Positions 38,153 through 48,103 of a stretch of DNA of 64,000 nucleotides are shown here, piece after piece. The stretch is taken from the NCBI GenBank assembly GCA_964521575.1, contig CAZFSR010000007.1, positions 42,086 through 106,085 on the forward strand. Reading direction: 5' to 3'. Source of the DNA: an uncultured Synergistaceae bacterium. Lineage in GTDB: Bacteria > Synergistota > Synergistia > Synergistales > 79-D21. The notes under the pieces were generated by a model. The model saw only the letters and a program-made list of their open reading frames with translations. It did no database searches and was not told the DNA's origin. The stretch's first letter is position 1. Each line of letters starts with the position of its first letter. Both the position numbers and the translations under genes were made by a program.

Positions 38153-39055
38153 TCAGTTTGACCGTTCCGACAGCGTGACGGCAAGGGTCCGTAAAACCTC
38201 AGCTTCATCTCCGAAACACGACAAGGCGTCCACGGCCAGCCCGCTTTCCTCCAGGGCGATTTCCTTCGCTTTTTCCAGGCCGTAGACGGAAACAAAAGTG
38301 ATTTTCCCCTGAGCTGCGTCCTTTCCGGGTGTTTTCCCGAGTTCCTGTGCTTTTCCCGTTTTGTCCAGAAGGTCGTCGACGATCTGGAAGGCCGTTCCCA
38401 AATGTGTCCCATAATTATATAATGCCGTTTCCTTTTCCGCCGTCAGGCCGCCGAGTATCCCTCCGGTCAGGAGGGACGCCCGAATCAAGCTGCCCGTTTT
38501 CAGGGCGGCAATCTCCCAGACGAAGCCGGGATCATCTTTTCGGCTCTGAAAGTCCGTGTCGAGAACCTGCCCCGCGCAGACGCCCGATGGACCGATGGCC
38601 AGTGAAAATTCCCCAAGTGCCCTCAAAACGCGATCCGCTGGAAAAAACGGGGAAAGGCCGCGGATGGCGGTTTCGAATGCCCATAACAGGAGCGAATCTC
38701 CAGCCAGTGTTGCCAGACCTTCACCAAACAGGATGTGGTTGGAGGGTTTCCCTCTCCTGAGGGAATCGTCATCCATGCACGGGAGGTCGTCGTGGATTAG
38801 TGAGGCCGTATGAAACATTTCCAGGGCCAGGGCCATGGGCATGACCGGGGCCGTCGGACACGCTGAAAGTTTCGCTCCGGCAAAGCAAAGGAAAGGTCGT
38901 AAACGCTTTCCCCCGGCTTCAAGGGAATAGCCCATCGCTTCCTTTAGGCGTTCGGGGATGGATGTCTCCTCATGCAGCAGGTTCACGATTGCACGATCGA
39001 CTTCCTCCTTGCACTGCCTCAGGCAAAGATCAAGCCTATTTCTTGCCATGGTCAT
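38153..39055 (-). CDS. ispA: polyprenyl (farnesyl/geranylgeranyl) diphosphate synthase
   Basis: First Asp-rich motif LIHDDLPCMDDDSLRRG and second motif FQIVDDLLD. ATG 39055 overlaps the xseB stop by 1 nt. Confidence 0.9.
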   Translation of the reverse strand: MTMARNRLDLCLRQCKEEVDRAIVNLLHEETSIPERLKEAMGYSLEAGGKRLRPFLCFAGAKLSACPTAPVMPMALALEMFHTASLIHDDLPCMDDDSLRRGKPSNHILFGEGLATLAGDSLLLWAFETAIRGLSPFFPADRVLRALGEFSLAIGPSGVCAGQVLDTDFQSRKDDPGFVWEIAALKTGSLIRASLLTGGILGGLTAEKETALYNYGTHLGTAFQIVDDLLDKTGKAQELGKTPGKDAAQGKITFVSVYGLEKAKEIALEESGLAVDALSCFGDEAEVLRTLAVTLSERSN

Positions 39056-39285
39056 CAGGATTCCCCGTCGTTCAAGGGGTTCCAGGCCTTGCCCTGGCTC
39101 CCGTCTTCCGCCTCGGATAGAAGGATGACCTTCTGGCGGGCCTGCTCCAGAAAGATCCTGCAATCCGCGGCCTTTTTCATCCCTTCTTCGAAAAGCGCCA
39201 TGGCTTCTTCCAGCGGCATCGGTTCGCTTTCAAGGCGTTTAACGATGACCTGCAGGGATTCGATCTGACTTGAAAAAGGAGTCAT
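39055..39285 (-). CDS. xseB: exodeoxyribonuclease VII small subunit
   Basis: 76 aa; SLQVIVKRLESEPMPLEEAMALFEEGMKKAADCRIFLEQA is typical of XseB. Lies upstream of ispA-dxs as in many bacteria. Confidence 0.88.
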   Translation of the reverse strand: MTPFSSQIESLQVIVKRLESEPMPLEEAMALFEEGMKKAADCRIFLEQARQKVILLSEAEDGSQGKAWNPLNDGES

Positions 39286-39323
39286 GACATGTCCCTTCTT
39301 TCATGGAGAGTGCGGGAACGGAA

Positions 39324-39352
39324 TTGCCAACCGCCCGGCCGTATGATACAAT
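39324..39352 (+). promoter_or_regulatory. sigma70-like promoter for rpmB (TTGCCA-17 nt-TACAAT with TG extension)
   Basis: TTGCCA at 39324-39329, a 17-nt spacer ending in TGA, and TACAAT at 39347-39352. Located ~40 nt before the rpmB start. Confidence 0.55.
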
Positions 39353-39392
39353 GCCTCTCGCTGCATGGTTTCCAATCTGGGAGGGATCGTCG

Positions 39393-39587
39393 ATGTCCAA
39401 GGTCTGCCAGTGCTGTGGCCGTGGGCCCGTTACCGGCAATAACGTCAGCCATTCGAACCGCCATACCCGGCGTCGTTGGCAGTTGAACCTGCAAACGGTT
39501 CGGGTTGATTTCGGTGACGGGGGTCGCACCAAGCTCAAGGTTTGTGCACGCTGCCTTCGTTCCGGTCAGGTCAAGCGGGCTGTCTAA
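39393..39587 (+). CDS. rpmB: 50S ribosomal protein L28
   Basis: MSKVCQCCGRGPVTGNNVSHSNRHTRRRWQLNLQ..., 64 aa. GGGAGGGA RBS. The longer ORF from 39303 is rejected. Confidence 0.95.
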   Translation: MSKVCQCCGRGPVTGNNVSHSNRHTRRRWQLNLQTVRVDFGDGGRTKLKVCARCLRSGQVKRAV

Positions 39588-39606
39588 AGGCAGCCCGCCT
39601 TTTTTC
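39575..39606 (+). terminator. rho-independent terminator of rpmB
   Basis: GCGGGCTG (39575-39582) pairs with CAGCCCGC (39591-39598), followed by CTTTTTT. The rpmB stop codon lies in the loop. Confidence 0.75.
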
Positions 39607-39626
39607 CACTTTCCCGTCATTTTCCC

Positions 39627-40343
39627 CTATCTCTCCCACCAACTGACATAAACGCCCATTTCCCCCTCTTCGAGGCTTGTGACCGTCGGTTCCGTTCCTT
39701 CGCGCCGATTGCTGATCGCGTAAGGAGCGTCTATTTCGAGTACGGTTTTTTCCAGCGGCCAGTGCACCCCGCTGATGGAGACCCCCGTGCATCTCCCGGA
39801 AAAAGCCAGCAGAGAAACCGCCGCCGGTTCTTTGGCATGGAAAAGCGTCAGGGTTTCCCCTCCCGTGACGAAGGTCAGCAACTCCCTGTGGTCCGCGAGG
39901 GCCGCGAATTCCAGCCCGCCCCGAAGAGCCCCGAGCACGGAAAGAACATTGCTCCACGTATGGTCAAACCGTCCGCCCCAGCATCCCGTCACAAGGGCCT
40001 TGACCCGGCCGAAGCGCTTCGTTACGGTTCTCAGGGCCATCTGGAGATCGGTGTCGTCCTTTTCCCGGGCCAGGGACACGACCTCGGACCCCCTCTCCGT
40101 GGCTGCCTTCCAGAGCTTTGGTGAAGCGCTGTCGGCGTCACCCAGTATCAGGGCGGGCAGGATCCCGCCTTCCATGCAGACATTGACCCCCCGGTCGATA
40201 GCCCAGACGGTGCGGCCTTCCGCAGCATCGATAAGCCAGGGAATCCTGGGTTTTCTCCCTCCGGCAACCAGGAGAATCTCCGTTCCTGGCGAAGTCCTGG
40301 GGGAGGAAAGGGTGACCTGGGGCAACCGGATTCTCCCGTCCAT
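39627..40343 (-). CDS. thiamine diphosphokinase
   Basis: TPK motifs LGDADS, EKDDTDLQMAL and GGRFDH, plus a C-terminal thiamin-binding beta domain. 238 aa. Confidence 0.85.
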   Translation of the reverse strand: MDGRIRLPQVTLSSPRTSPGTEILLVAGGRKPRIPWLIDAAEGRTVWAIDRGVNVCMEGGILPALILGDADSASPKLWKAATERGSEVVSLAREKDDTDLQMALRTVTKRFGRVKALVTGCWGGRFDHTWSNVLSVLGALRGGLEFAALADHRELLTFVTGGETLTLFHAKEPAAVSLLAFSGRCTGVSISGVHWPLEKTVLEIDAPYAISNRREGTEPTVTSLEEGEMGVYVSWWER

Positions 40344-40348
40344 CGCGA

Positions 40349-42613
40349 TCAGGCCCCCCCGTTGAAGGCCTGGCGAAGGATTTCCTCGGCCTTGTCCTCG
40401 TCCACAAGGATCTCCCGTGGCCGAGAGGCTTCCTGCGGCCCTACCATTCCGAGCTGCTCCATTGTGTCGACCAGGCGGGCCGCACGGGTGAAGCCAATCT
40501 TAAGCTGTCTCTGGAGACGGCTCGCTGAGGCGATACCTGTCTGGAGAATGATGGAGACGGCCTCCTCGAGTAGAGGGTCCTCTAGATTTGCGGCGATTTC
40601 GCCCCATGTCCCGCTGTCCTCGCTGTCGATATCGATGTGCTGAGGTTCCCCGAAAACGCGGACAACATGCTGGATGAAAGCGACGATTCGGCTCTCGTCT
40701 ATCCAAGGCCCCTGTAACCTGAGGGGTTTCGGGTAGCGTGAGGTCAGAAGGAGCATGTCGCCTTTACCCAAAAGCTTCTCCGCCCCCGAAAGGTCGATGA
40801 TGGTCCTGGAATCTGCCTGAGAAGGCAAGGTGAAGGCCACCCTCGCAGGGATATTGGCTTTGATCAGCCCGGTCACGACGTTAACCGAAGGCCTCTGTGT
40901 CGCAAGGATGAGGTGGATGCCGGTGGCCCTCGCCATCTGAGCAAGCCTGCAGATGTAGTCCTCCGCTTCCTTGGGGGAGGTCATCATCAGGTCGGCCAGT
41001 TCATCCACGACGATAACGATATGCGGAAGCCGGTCCTTCGGAACGACCTTCTTGTTGTAGGCTTTCAGATGCCTGACCCGCGCGCCGGCGAAAAGCTCGT
41101 AGCGGCGTTCCATTTCCCGGATCGCCCAGCCTAGGGCATGGACGGCCTTTTTCGAATCGACGACAGGAGGCGTGAGCGTGTGCGGAAGCCTCTCGTAAAG
41201 CGTCATTTCCACCCGCTTGGGATCGATCAGCAGCAGCCGGAGTTCGTCGGGCCTCCTGGCACAACAGAGCCCGATGATACAGCTTGAGACAAGGACGCTT
41301 TTTCCTGAGCCGGTGGTTCCCGCTACGAGAAGGTGGGGAAGGTCTTCCAGTCCCATCACCAGGGGGACGCCGTCAACGGTTAACCCGAAAGGGAGAGGTA
41401 GGTCGAAATCCCCTCTCTGGAATGGGGTTGATTCGAGCAGGGACCGCAAGGGCACAATCCAGCGGCGCGGATTCGGGGTTTCGATCCCGACGAAGGTCGT
41501 TCCCGGGATCGGTGCCTCGACGCGCAAGGCTGGTACGGCAAGGGCCACGGCAAGATCGTTGCTCAAGCCTGCCACCTTGCTCACCTTGATGCCTGGGGCA
41601 AGCTGAAGCCTGAATTGGATGACCGTGGGGCCAGTGATCGTTTCAGCCAACTCGGCCTCCACGCCGAATTCCTCTAGCGTTGAAATAATTCTTTCCCCCT
41701 GGTTCCGAATCAGTTCGTCCGAAACAGGGTTTGCCGTTATGCCCTCGCTGCCGAAAAGTTCGAGGGGCGGCGGGAATGCGGACGGATCGACCCCGGGCGG
41801 TAGCGGGATCTCTTCCTGTGTTTCGGTTGCCTCGGCCGCCTCTTCCATCGGCAGCGGCAGAAGGTCCTCGATTTCCTGCCCAGCAGCCGATGGATCCAGG
41901 GTCGCAATTTCCGCCGTTTCAGCCCCCTCGTCCTCTTCCAGGACGAAGGGGTCGGTGTCGCCGGGAACCGCTGTTCCGAATTCGGGCGAGGGGTCCGCCG
42001 GCCGGGGGATGAGGCTGGAAATCAGCGTCATCAGGCGTCTGGCTCCGGACAGGATGCCGGACTTGATTTCAACGGCCCAGTGAACAAGATCAAGGGGCTC
42101 GACCAACCCGTAGAGGCTTGCGGACAGAAATGCGCCGAAAAGGCCTGCAAGGATGGTGCCCAGAACGCCTGTATGATCGAGGAGAAAACCCCCGATACCG
42201 TTTCCCAGTAGGCCGGGATTGAGCCAGCCTGCTGCGGCACCCGGCCAGAAGCTCTGGCCGATGAAAAGCACAAGTTCGATGCAGACGAAAAGAACGAAGG
42301 TCCCTCCCGCCTGTCTGGCCAGTTCGGGCACCGGTTTCCTCAAAAGATGGAAAATTCCGCAGTAAAGAACGAAAAGGAGAGGAACAGCGATGCCGCCGCC
42401 TGCTGTTTGCAGCAGTCTTTGGCGGACGATCTCGCCCCAGGAGCCTGAGAGATCTGTGTATAGAGAGGCGAAGAGGTAAACCGAAAGGAAGAGAATGAAA
42501 ACAACGGACCCATCGACCCAAGTCGGTGTTTCCGTTGATCCGATGAAAGCCTTTTCCGAGACTTTTCCGGCTTGTTCCCGCAGTTCGGGATATCGCTTCC
42601 TAGCCCTCGCCAT
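40349..42613 (-). CDS. ftsK: DNA translocase FtsK
   Basis: N-terminal TM segments, an acidic/Pro-rich linker, motor domain with Walker A GTTGSGKSV and IVIVVDELADLM, and a gamma winged-helix domain (ASASRLQRQLKIGFTRAARLVDTMEQLG). Start set at ATG 42613 (14-nt overlap with the tldD stop); the ORF extends to 42736. Confidence 0.93.
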   Translation of the reverse strand: MARARKRYPELREQAGKVSEKAFIGSTETPTWVDGSVVFILFLSVYLFASLYTDLSGSWGEIVRQRLLQTAGGGIAVPLLFVLYCGIFHLLRKPVPELARQAGGTFVLFVCIELVLFIGQSFWPGAAAGWLNPGLLGNGIGGFLLDHTGVLGTILAGLFGAFLSASLYGLVEPLDLVHWAVEIKSGILSGARRLMTLISSLIPRPADPSPEFGTAVPGDTDPFVLEEDEGAETAEIATLDPSAAGQEIEDLLPLPMEEAAEATETQEEIPLPPGVDPSAFPPPLELFGSEGITANPVSDELIRNQGERIISTLEEFGVEAELAETITGPTVIQFRLQLAPGIKVSKVAGLSNDLAVALAVPALRVEAPIPGTTFVGIETPNPRRWIVPLRSLLESTPFQRGDFDLPLPFGLTVDGVPLVMGLEDLPHLLVAGTTGSGKSVLVSSCIIGLCCARRPDELRLLLIDPKRVEMTLYERLPHTLTPPVVDSKKAVHALGWAIREMERRYELFAGARVRHLKAYNKKVVPKDRLPHIVIVVDELADLMMTSPKEAEDYICRLAQMARATGIHLILATQRPSVNVVTGLIKANIPARVAFTLPSQADSRTIIDLSGAEKLLGKGDMLLLTSRYPKPLRLQGPWIDESRIVAFIQHVVRVFGEPQHIDIDSEDSGTWGEIAANLEDPLLEEAVSIILQTGIASASRLQRQLKIGFTRAARLVDTMEQLGMVGPQEASRPREILVDEDKAEEILRQAFNGGA

Positions 42614-44006
42614 TTCCGATTTCGCACCCCCCCACAAGCAGATTTCGAATGAGCAGGCTGGGTTGTCCATCCGTGACGGGTACGCTCTGCCCGTCTTTCC
42701 CGCACATGCCGGGTTCGAAATGAAGGTCGCTTCCAATGGCTTCGATCTGCATCAGGACTTCAGGCCCGTTTCCGATCAGGGTCGCTCCTCTGACGGGATT
42801 CCCGATTCGGCCTTTTTCGATAAGGAACGCCTCTGTCACCTGAAAAACGAAATCCCCGGATGTCGGGTTGACCTGGCCTCCGCCCATCTTCGTCACGAGA
42901 AGGCCTCGACCAGCCTTTTCCAGTATGGACTCGAAGCGGTCCTCTCCGGGCATCAGGAACGTGTTGCTCATCCTGGGGATGGGGATGTTCCGGTAAGATC
43001 CCCGGCGCCCATTCCCGGAGAGAGGGAGCCCGCCCTTCTTTGCCGACTGCACATCCGTCAGGTAGGACTTCAGGACTCCCTGGTCAATCAGGACATTGCG
43101 CCTGGCCGGTGTTCCTTCGTCATCAAACGAATAGCTTCCGTAAGCACCCGGAATCGTCGCGTCATCCACCAGGGTCACGAGAGGACTTGCGACTTTCTCT
43201 CCTAGCCGATCACGGTAGACCGAATAGTCCTTCTGGATGATATCGGCTTCTAGACCGTGACCGCATGCCTCATGAATCATTGTACCCCCAGCCTGGCCCG
43301 AGAGAACGACGGGCATCTTTCCGGCCGGGCACGGGCTTGCCTCAAGCATGAGAAGTGCCCTTTTCATGGCTTCCTGCCCGACCTCAACCGGTGAAACGCG
43401 TTCCCAGAAGTTGCCCGGTTCGGACTGGAAAGCCCGGACCTCGTAACCCGTCTGGATGGTTCCCTTCTTTTCGACCGTGACTTGAACCGCAAACAGGGAG
43501 TGAAAACGATCATCCGACAGAATCTTCCCGTCTCCCCTGACCACGAGGGTCTTTCGGCCGGAGACCCTGAAGCGGAGAGTCACCTGCCGAACAAGGGGGG
43601 ATGCCTTTCGGATGAACGAATCCACCTCTTTGAGCGGTTCTGTTTCGGGAAGCCTCAAGCTTGCCGGGTCGAACGCAAGCGGGCATTCGAAAGAGGGGCA
43701 TTTGCCAGATGGAACGAGGCCGATCCTGGATAAGGTTTCTTCCAGGGTTTTCCAGGCTCCCGCAGCGGAACTGTCGGGAGAGTGGGAGAAGACCGAATGG
43801 TCATTGACGAGAACCCTAGCCCCTACGCCTCCAGAAGCGGCAGAAGAGACTTCCTCGATCCTTCCCTTTTCGAAAGACACGCTGTGCCCCGCACCGGACT
43901 GAACGAAGATATCGGCGTAATCGGCCTTCTTTCCCACAAGCCGGCAGACTTGCTCCCCGATCTCTTCCCAGCCCGCGGAAGGGTTTTCAGCATTCATGAA
44001 CGTCAT
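42600..44006 (-). CDS. tldD: TldD-family metalloprotease
   Basis: 468 aa with the HEACGHGLE zinc motif typical of TldD, and the C-terminal GMCGKDGQSVPV. No TldE/PmbA partner in the window. Confidence 0.88.
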   Translation of the reverse strand: MTFMNAENPSAGWEEIGEQVCRLVGKKADYADIFVQSGAGHSVSFEKGRIEEVSSAASGGVGARVLVNDHSVFSHSPDSSAAGAWKTLEETLSRIGLVPSGKCPSFECPLAFDPASLRLPETEPLKEVDSFIRKASPLVRQVTLRFRVSGRKTLVVRGDGKILSDDRFHSLFAVQVTVEKKGTIQTGYEVRAFQSEPGNFWERVSPVEVGQEAMKRALLMLEASPCPAGKMPVVLSGQAGGTMIHEACGHGLEADIIQKDYSVYRDRLGEKVASPLVTLVDDATIPGAYGSYSFDDEGTPARRNVLIDQGVLKSYLTDVQSAKKGGLPLSGNGRRGSYRNIPIPRMSNTFLMPGEDRFESILEKAGRGLLVTKMGGGQVNPTSGDFVFQVTEAFLIEKGRIGNPVRGATLIGNGPEVLMQIEAIGSDLHFEPGMCGKDGQSVPVTDGQPSLLIRNLLVGGCEIGNGEG

Positions 44007-45129
44007 CTCCTCCGATCAGCGCGGTTCGAATGCGATGCCCGAAAAAATCGGGAGCTTGGACCGAAAGCAGGGCTTTCCCTTGCCAGACGGTCATCCAGCC
44101 GCAGCCTGGCAGAACCAGGTCATGTCCTTTGGTCAGAAGGACTTCGGATCGTGACCGGGGAATTTCCTTAAGCGTCTGGCGACAACCCGGGCATGGAATT
44201 TTCAAAAGGCCACCGGCGTGCCTGCCTAACAGGTCCTCTACCCTATCCGCCCTTGTGCGGTGCAATACCAGCTGATCTGGCGTAAAGGCCGCGATCCCGA
44301 CCCTGTCGCCCTGGATGATATCCAAAACATCGACGCTGACCAGCCCTCCGAAAAGCAGGCTGTCTCCGGCTTTTAGCGAAGTCGTCAGCCGGTTAGGCCT
44401 TTTCCCGGGCTGAAGGTTGACCAGGCATTCCGGGCAAAGGATCGGGATCCATGGATCGTCCGAACGGAAACCCGGGATGTCGACAAGCGTCATCTTCAAA
44501 TGCGAGCTTGGAACCACCACGGGCCTTAACGTCGTTCCCGGCATTGGGGAACGCGAGGAACGGTGGGCTTCTGCACAGGCGCTTCTCAGGAACGTGGTCT
44601 TGCCCGAGTTGACCGGGCCGATCAGCAGGACCCTTGCTCCGGGCTGAAATATCCTCTCGATCCACACACTCGTCTCTTTGACGCTCGCGTAGTCGAGCGC
44701 GTTCATCGTGATGAAACCGTCCTTCGGTATCCCGAGGAGTTCTGCAAGGCGGTCTTTTGCCGTCCCTGAACGAAACCACCGAGAAACCATATCATATTTA
44801 TTGATGACTGTCAGGATAGGCTTGCCCCACCCTTTCAACAGGTTGTTTAGTACGGGATTCTGGTTGGGCTGGAAGGCGTCAACGAAAACGATCGCGCCAT
44901 CTGCCCGCTCCATCTCATCACGAATCATTCGGCAAATCTGGTCGTCCGACAGGGGAGCCTTCGTCGCCTGCCTGTAATGGACAAGCCTGAAGCAACGCCT
45001 GCAAATCGTTCCGTCCTCGATCTCCAGGGATGGCGGAATAAAACCGGGGGCATCGGGATTTTCCCTTTGGAACGGGATTCCGCAGCCTGGGCAGAAGGCT
45101 GGCTTGCCGTAGTCTCTCTGATCGTTCAT
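43987..45129 (-). CDS. yqeH: YqeH-like circularly permuted ribosome-biogenesis GTPase
   Basis: N-terminal zinc ribbon (CPGCG...CRRCFRL). Permuted G-motif order: NKYD, then GPVNSGKTTF, then DIPG. Confidence 0.82.
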   Translation of the reverse strand: MNDQRDYGKPAFCPGCGIPFQRENPDAPGFIPPSLEIEDGTICRRCFRLVHYRQATKAPLSDDQICRMIRDEMERADGAIVFVDAFQPNQNPVLNNLLKGWGKPILTVINKYDMVSRWFRSGTAKDRLAELLGIPKDGFITMNALDYASVKETSVWIERIFQPGARVLLIGPVNSGKTTFLRSACAEAHRSSRSPMPGTTLRPVVVPSSHLKMTLVDIPGFRSDDPWIPILCPECLVNLQPGKRPNRLTTSLKAGDSLLFGGLVSVDVLDIIQGDRVGIAAFTPDQLVLHRTRADRVEDLLGRHAGGLLKIPCPGCRQTLKEIPRSRSEVLLTKGHDLVLPGCGWMTVWQGKALLSVQAPDFFGHRIRTALIGGDDVHEC

Positions 45130-45138
45130 GACTGCCTT

Positions 45139-46209
45139 TCAATCTCCCTTCCGGTCTTGCGTTTCCTGTCCTGCTTGGCCAGCGGCCTTCTGAGCTGCGA
45201 GGTGCTCTTCGTAGGTCCTGGAGAAAAAATGCCTGCCGGAAGGGGAAAGAACAAAGAAAAGGTAATCATGCTTTTCAGGAGCCGTTGCGGCCTGCCAGGC
45301 AGGAAAGGACGGGGCACCGATGGGGCCTGGAGGCAACCCCTTGTTCCTGTAAGTATTATAGGCCGAGTCGATGTGGAGGTCCTCGTAGGTCAGTCCGTCT
45401 AGGACCCGTCCTTTTTGCTTCCAGGCAAAAATAACCGTTGCGCAGGACTGGAGAGGCATTCCCAGGCGAAGACGATTTTCGAAAACCCCGGCAACCCGGG
45501 CTCTTTCTCCATCGTCCCGGGCTTCTCTCTCGTTGATCGATGCGAGGATTGCCCTTTCCAGGAGCCAGTGGGCGTCAACATTCCGCGGCACCAGCGGGCC
45601 AACCTTTTGCAGCCAAGTCCTTGAGGCGAGTCGAACGAAATCGCGTACGGCGACTGCGGATGGAGTCACCCGGTAAGAATCCGGCATGAGGAAGGCCAGG
45701 CGGAACTCGGGGTTCTCGGGCAGCAGCCCGCGAATTTCCGCCGGGAAGTTTGACGGGTCGGCAAGCTCGCGCAGGAGGGCCTTCTCCCCTCCCCACCGGG
45801 ACAAAACCGTCCCCAGTTCCTTGAAAGTAGTACCTGGAATGAGCCGGACTCCGGCGGAGTCCGGCTCCTGGCCTTGCATCTGCTTGGCCACTTCCCAGGG
45901 CGTACCGGGGCGAATCTTGTAAAGGCCGGGTTTCAGGCGCGAATCCATGCCCAGGAGGGAAAACCACCGTGCCAAGGTTCGGGCATCACCATCCGTCAGC
46001 CCTTGCTCCACAAGGGACCGGGCTACGGCTAGCGCATTCTGCCCGGGCTCGACCAGTGCCTCGACGGGAACGCCTTTTCCGGGCGGCACCATTCTTACCC
46101 ACCATTCGCTTCCCCTGGAGGAAATCGCCCCGAAAAGAAACAGGGCAAGGAAAAAAAGTCCCGCCCCTCCGAGGCGAATCAACGGGAGGGTTTTCTTTCC
46201 TTGGGCCAC
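45139..46209 (-). CDS. mltG: endolytic murein transglycosylase MltG (YceG-like)
   Basis: N-terminal TM helix and YceG core with the catalytic region ILASINEREA, plus YNTYRNKGLPPGPIGAP. GTG start at 46209. Confidence 0.9.
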   Translation of the reverse strand: MAQGKKTLPLIRLGGAGLFFLALFLFGAISSRGSEWWVRMVPPGKGVPVEALVEPGQNALAVARSLVEQGLTDGDARTLARWFSLLGMDSRLKPGLYKIRPGTPWEVAKQMQGQEPDSAGVRLIPGTTFKELGTVLSRWGGEKALLRELADPSNFPAEIRGLLPENPEFRLAFLMPDSYRVTPSAVAVRDFVRLASRTWLQKVGPLVPRNVDAHWLLERAILASINEREARDDGERARVAGVFENRLRLGMPLQSCATVIFAWKQKGRVLDGLTYEDLHIDSAYNTYRNKGLPPGPIGAPSFPAWQAATAPEKHDYLFFVLSPSGRHFFSRTYEEHLAAQKAAGQAGQETQDRKGD

Positions 46210-46213
46210 GTGA

Positions 46214-46840
46214 TCAGGAAAGCTGCTTCATAATCTCGGCTTCGGCCATGATGGCGGAAGCCTCGACTTGGGCAAGCTCGGACTGGAGTTTTTTCCTGGT
46301 TTCTTCGACGAACTCTGGATCCTTGACTGCCTTGAGATTGACCTCCACGTTGTAGGCGGCGGCGTGTGCGGCAGCCCATGCGAGTCTAGCGGCCGATCCG
46401 GCATCGGTAATGGCGTTCGGGTTGCCCTTGAAGAGGACCGATTCCATGACACGAGCCACTTTTGCCACAATTTCCACTGTTTCGAGCGGAACCCTGCAGG
46501 CCTCTTTCAAGGCGGCTTGCATTTGTTGTTCCCGCCATGCCCTTTCGGCGTCGGTTCCCTTTGGCATCTTGATTGCGGCCATGACTGCGTTGTAAGCTTC
46601 GGCATCCCGTTCCATCAGGTCGACCAGTTTCGCAGTCAGGTTTCGGCTGCTTTCGCTCGCGGATTCCATTTCCTGCCATGCGTCCCTGAAACGTTCCCGT
46701 CCGACCGTCAAGGCTGCGACCATCGAACAGAGGCTTCCTGCAAGAGCTCCGGCGAATGCAGCGGCCGTACCCCCTCCGGGTGCAGGAGAAGAGGATCCCA
46801 ATTCCTCGAGGAACTCCCTAATTTTCATTTCCGAGAACAT
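46214..46840 (-). CDS. formimidoyltetrahydrofolate cyclodeaminase (FTCD C-terminal-domain family)
   Basis: EELGSSSPAPGGGTAAAFAGALAGSLCSMVAALT is the cyclodeaminase-domain signature. AAAGGAG RBS. Last gene of the hut block. Confidence 0.88.
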   Translation of the reverse strand: MFSEMKIREFLEELGSSSPAPGGGTAAAFAGALAGSLCSMVAALTVGRERFRDAWQEMESASESSRNLTAKLVDLMERDAEAYNAVMAAIKMPKGTDAERAWREQQMQAALKEACRVPLETVEIVAKVARVMESVLFKGNPNAITDAGSAARLAWAAAHAAAYNVEVNLKAVKDPEFVEETRKKLQSELAQVEASAIMAEAEIMKQLS

Positions 46841-46858
46841 TACAGGCTCCTTTCTTGG

Positions 46859-48103
46859 CTAAATAACGCGCTCTGCATTTTTATAAACGGCCTTTACGGG
46901 CGAGACACCCGCATGGTACGCAAAGATTGCCGGACTTTCTCCCTCCAGAAGGAGGAAGTCTGCTTTTTTGCCGGCTTCGAGGCTACCGCACGAAACGGCG
47001 TTACCGAGAGCATAGGCTGCATTCAACGTCGTTGCCACGAGGGCCTCTTCCGGGGAAAGGTGCATTGCCATAACGGCAAGGCCGAATACGAAGGGAACCG
47101 ATTCGCAGAAGCAGGAACCGGGATTGCAATCGGTGGCCAGTGCAACCGGGACTCCCAGGTTGACCATGTCCCTTGCCCTTGCGAAAGGTTTCCCCAGACT
47201 GTAGGCCGTCGCAGGCAGGAGAACCGCGATGGTTCCGGCCGAGGCCATTGCCTTGAGCCCCTCGTCCGAGGCTGCGAGCAGGTGCTCCGCAGAAACCGCA
47301 CCCACTGACGCGGCGAGGGCTGCTCCGCCCAGGTCGTGCACCTCGTCCGCATGGATCTTGATTCCCAGGCCCAAGCCCCGTGCGGCTTCGAGGATACGCC
47401 TGCTTTGGGAGATTGAAAAGACCCCATCCTCGCAGAAAACATCACAAAATCTCGCGATACCCTGCAAAGCGACCTCCGGCAGCATTTCCCGGACGATCTT
47501 TTCGACGAAGGCTTCCGGGTCCTGCCGCTCCTCCTCGGGGATGGCATGGGCACCCATGAATGTTGGCACGACGTCGAGGGGGGACTGCCTGCCCACGCGT
47601 TCGATGACCCGAAGCATCTTGAGTTCGTTTTGCGTCTCGAGGCCGTATCCGCTCTTGATCTCGATGGTGGTGGTCCCATGCTTCAAAGCGGATTGAGCGA
47701 GTTCCATCGTTGAGGAAAAAAGTTGTTCCTCGGTAGCTTCGCGGACTCTCTTAACCGAAGAGAGGATGCCGCCGCCGCGCCGGAGAATCTCAAGATAGGG
47801 GACACCCTCCAGCCTAAGGGAGAACTCGGATTCTCTCAGGCCATGGAAGCACAGGTGGGTGTGGGGATCGACAAATCCCGGTATCAGGCATCGACCCTCG
47901 CAGTCGATTTCCAAATCAATCTTCAGGTGCCTTGCGGTCTGCAGGACTTCCGATTCCGGACCGATTTCACGGATCAGGCCATCCTCGGCCAGGATCGCCC
48001 CTTTCGGGAAGGTCAGCAAGTCTCCCTGGCTCGGTCCCGATTGGGGATGCCCAGGGTCAATCGGGGTGAAACAGCGGGCGTTAGTGAAAAGCTTGACCGT
48101 CAT
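46859..48103 (-). CDS. hutI: imidazolonepropionase
   Basis: Amidohydrolase motifs GFVDPHTHLCF and KIHADEVHDLGG, plus ATDCNPGS. ATGA overlap with the upstream stop. Confidence 0.94.
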   Translation of the reverse strand: MTVKLFTNARCFTPIDPGHPQSGPSQGDLLTFPKGAILAEDGLIREIGPESEVLQTARHLKIDLEIDCEGRCLIPGFVDPHTHLCFHGLRESEFSLRLEGVPYLEILRRGGGILSSVKRVREATEEQLFSSTMELAQSALKHGTTTIEIKSGYGLETQNELKMLRVIERVGRQSPLDVVPTFMGAHAIPEEERQDPEAFVEKIVREMLPEVALQGIARFCDVFCEDGVFSISQSRRILEAARGLGLGIKIHADEVHDLGGAALAASVGAVSAEHLLAASDEGLKAMASAGTIAVLLPATAYSLGKPFARARDMVNLGVPVALATDCNPGSCFCESVPFVFGLAVMAMHLSPEEALVATTLNAAYALGNAVSCGSLEAGKKADFLLLEGESPAIFAYHAGVSPVKAVYKNAERVI

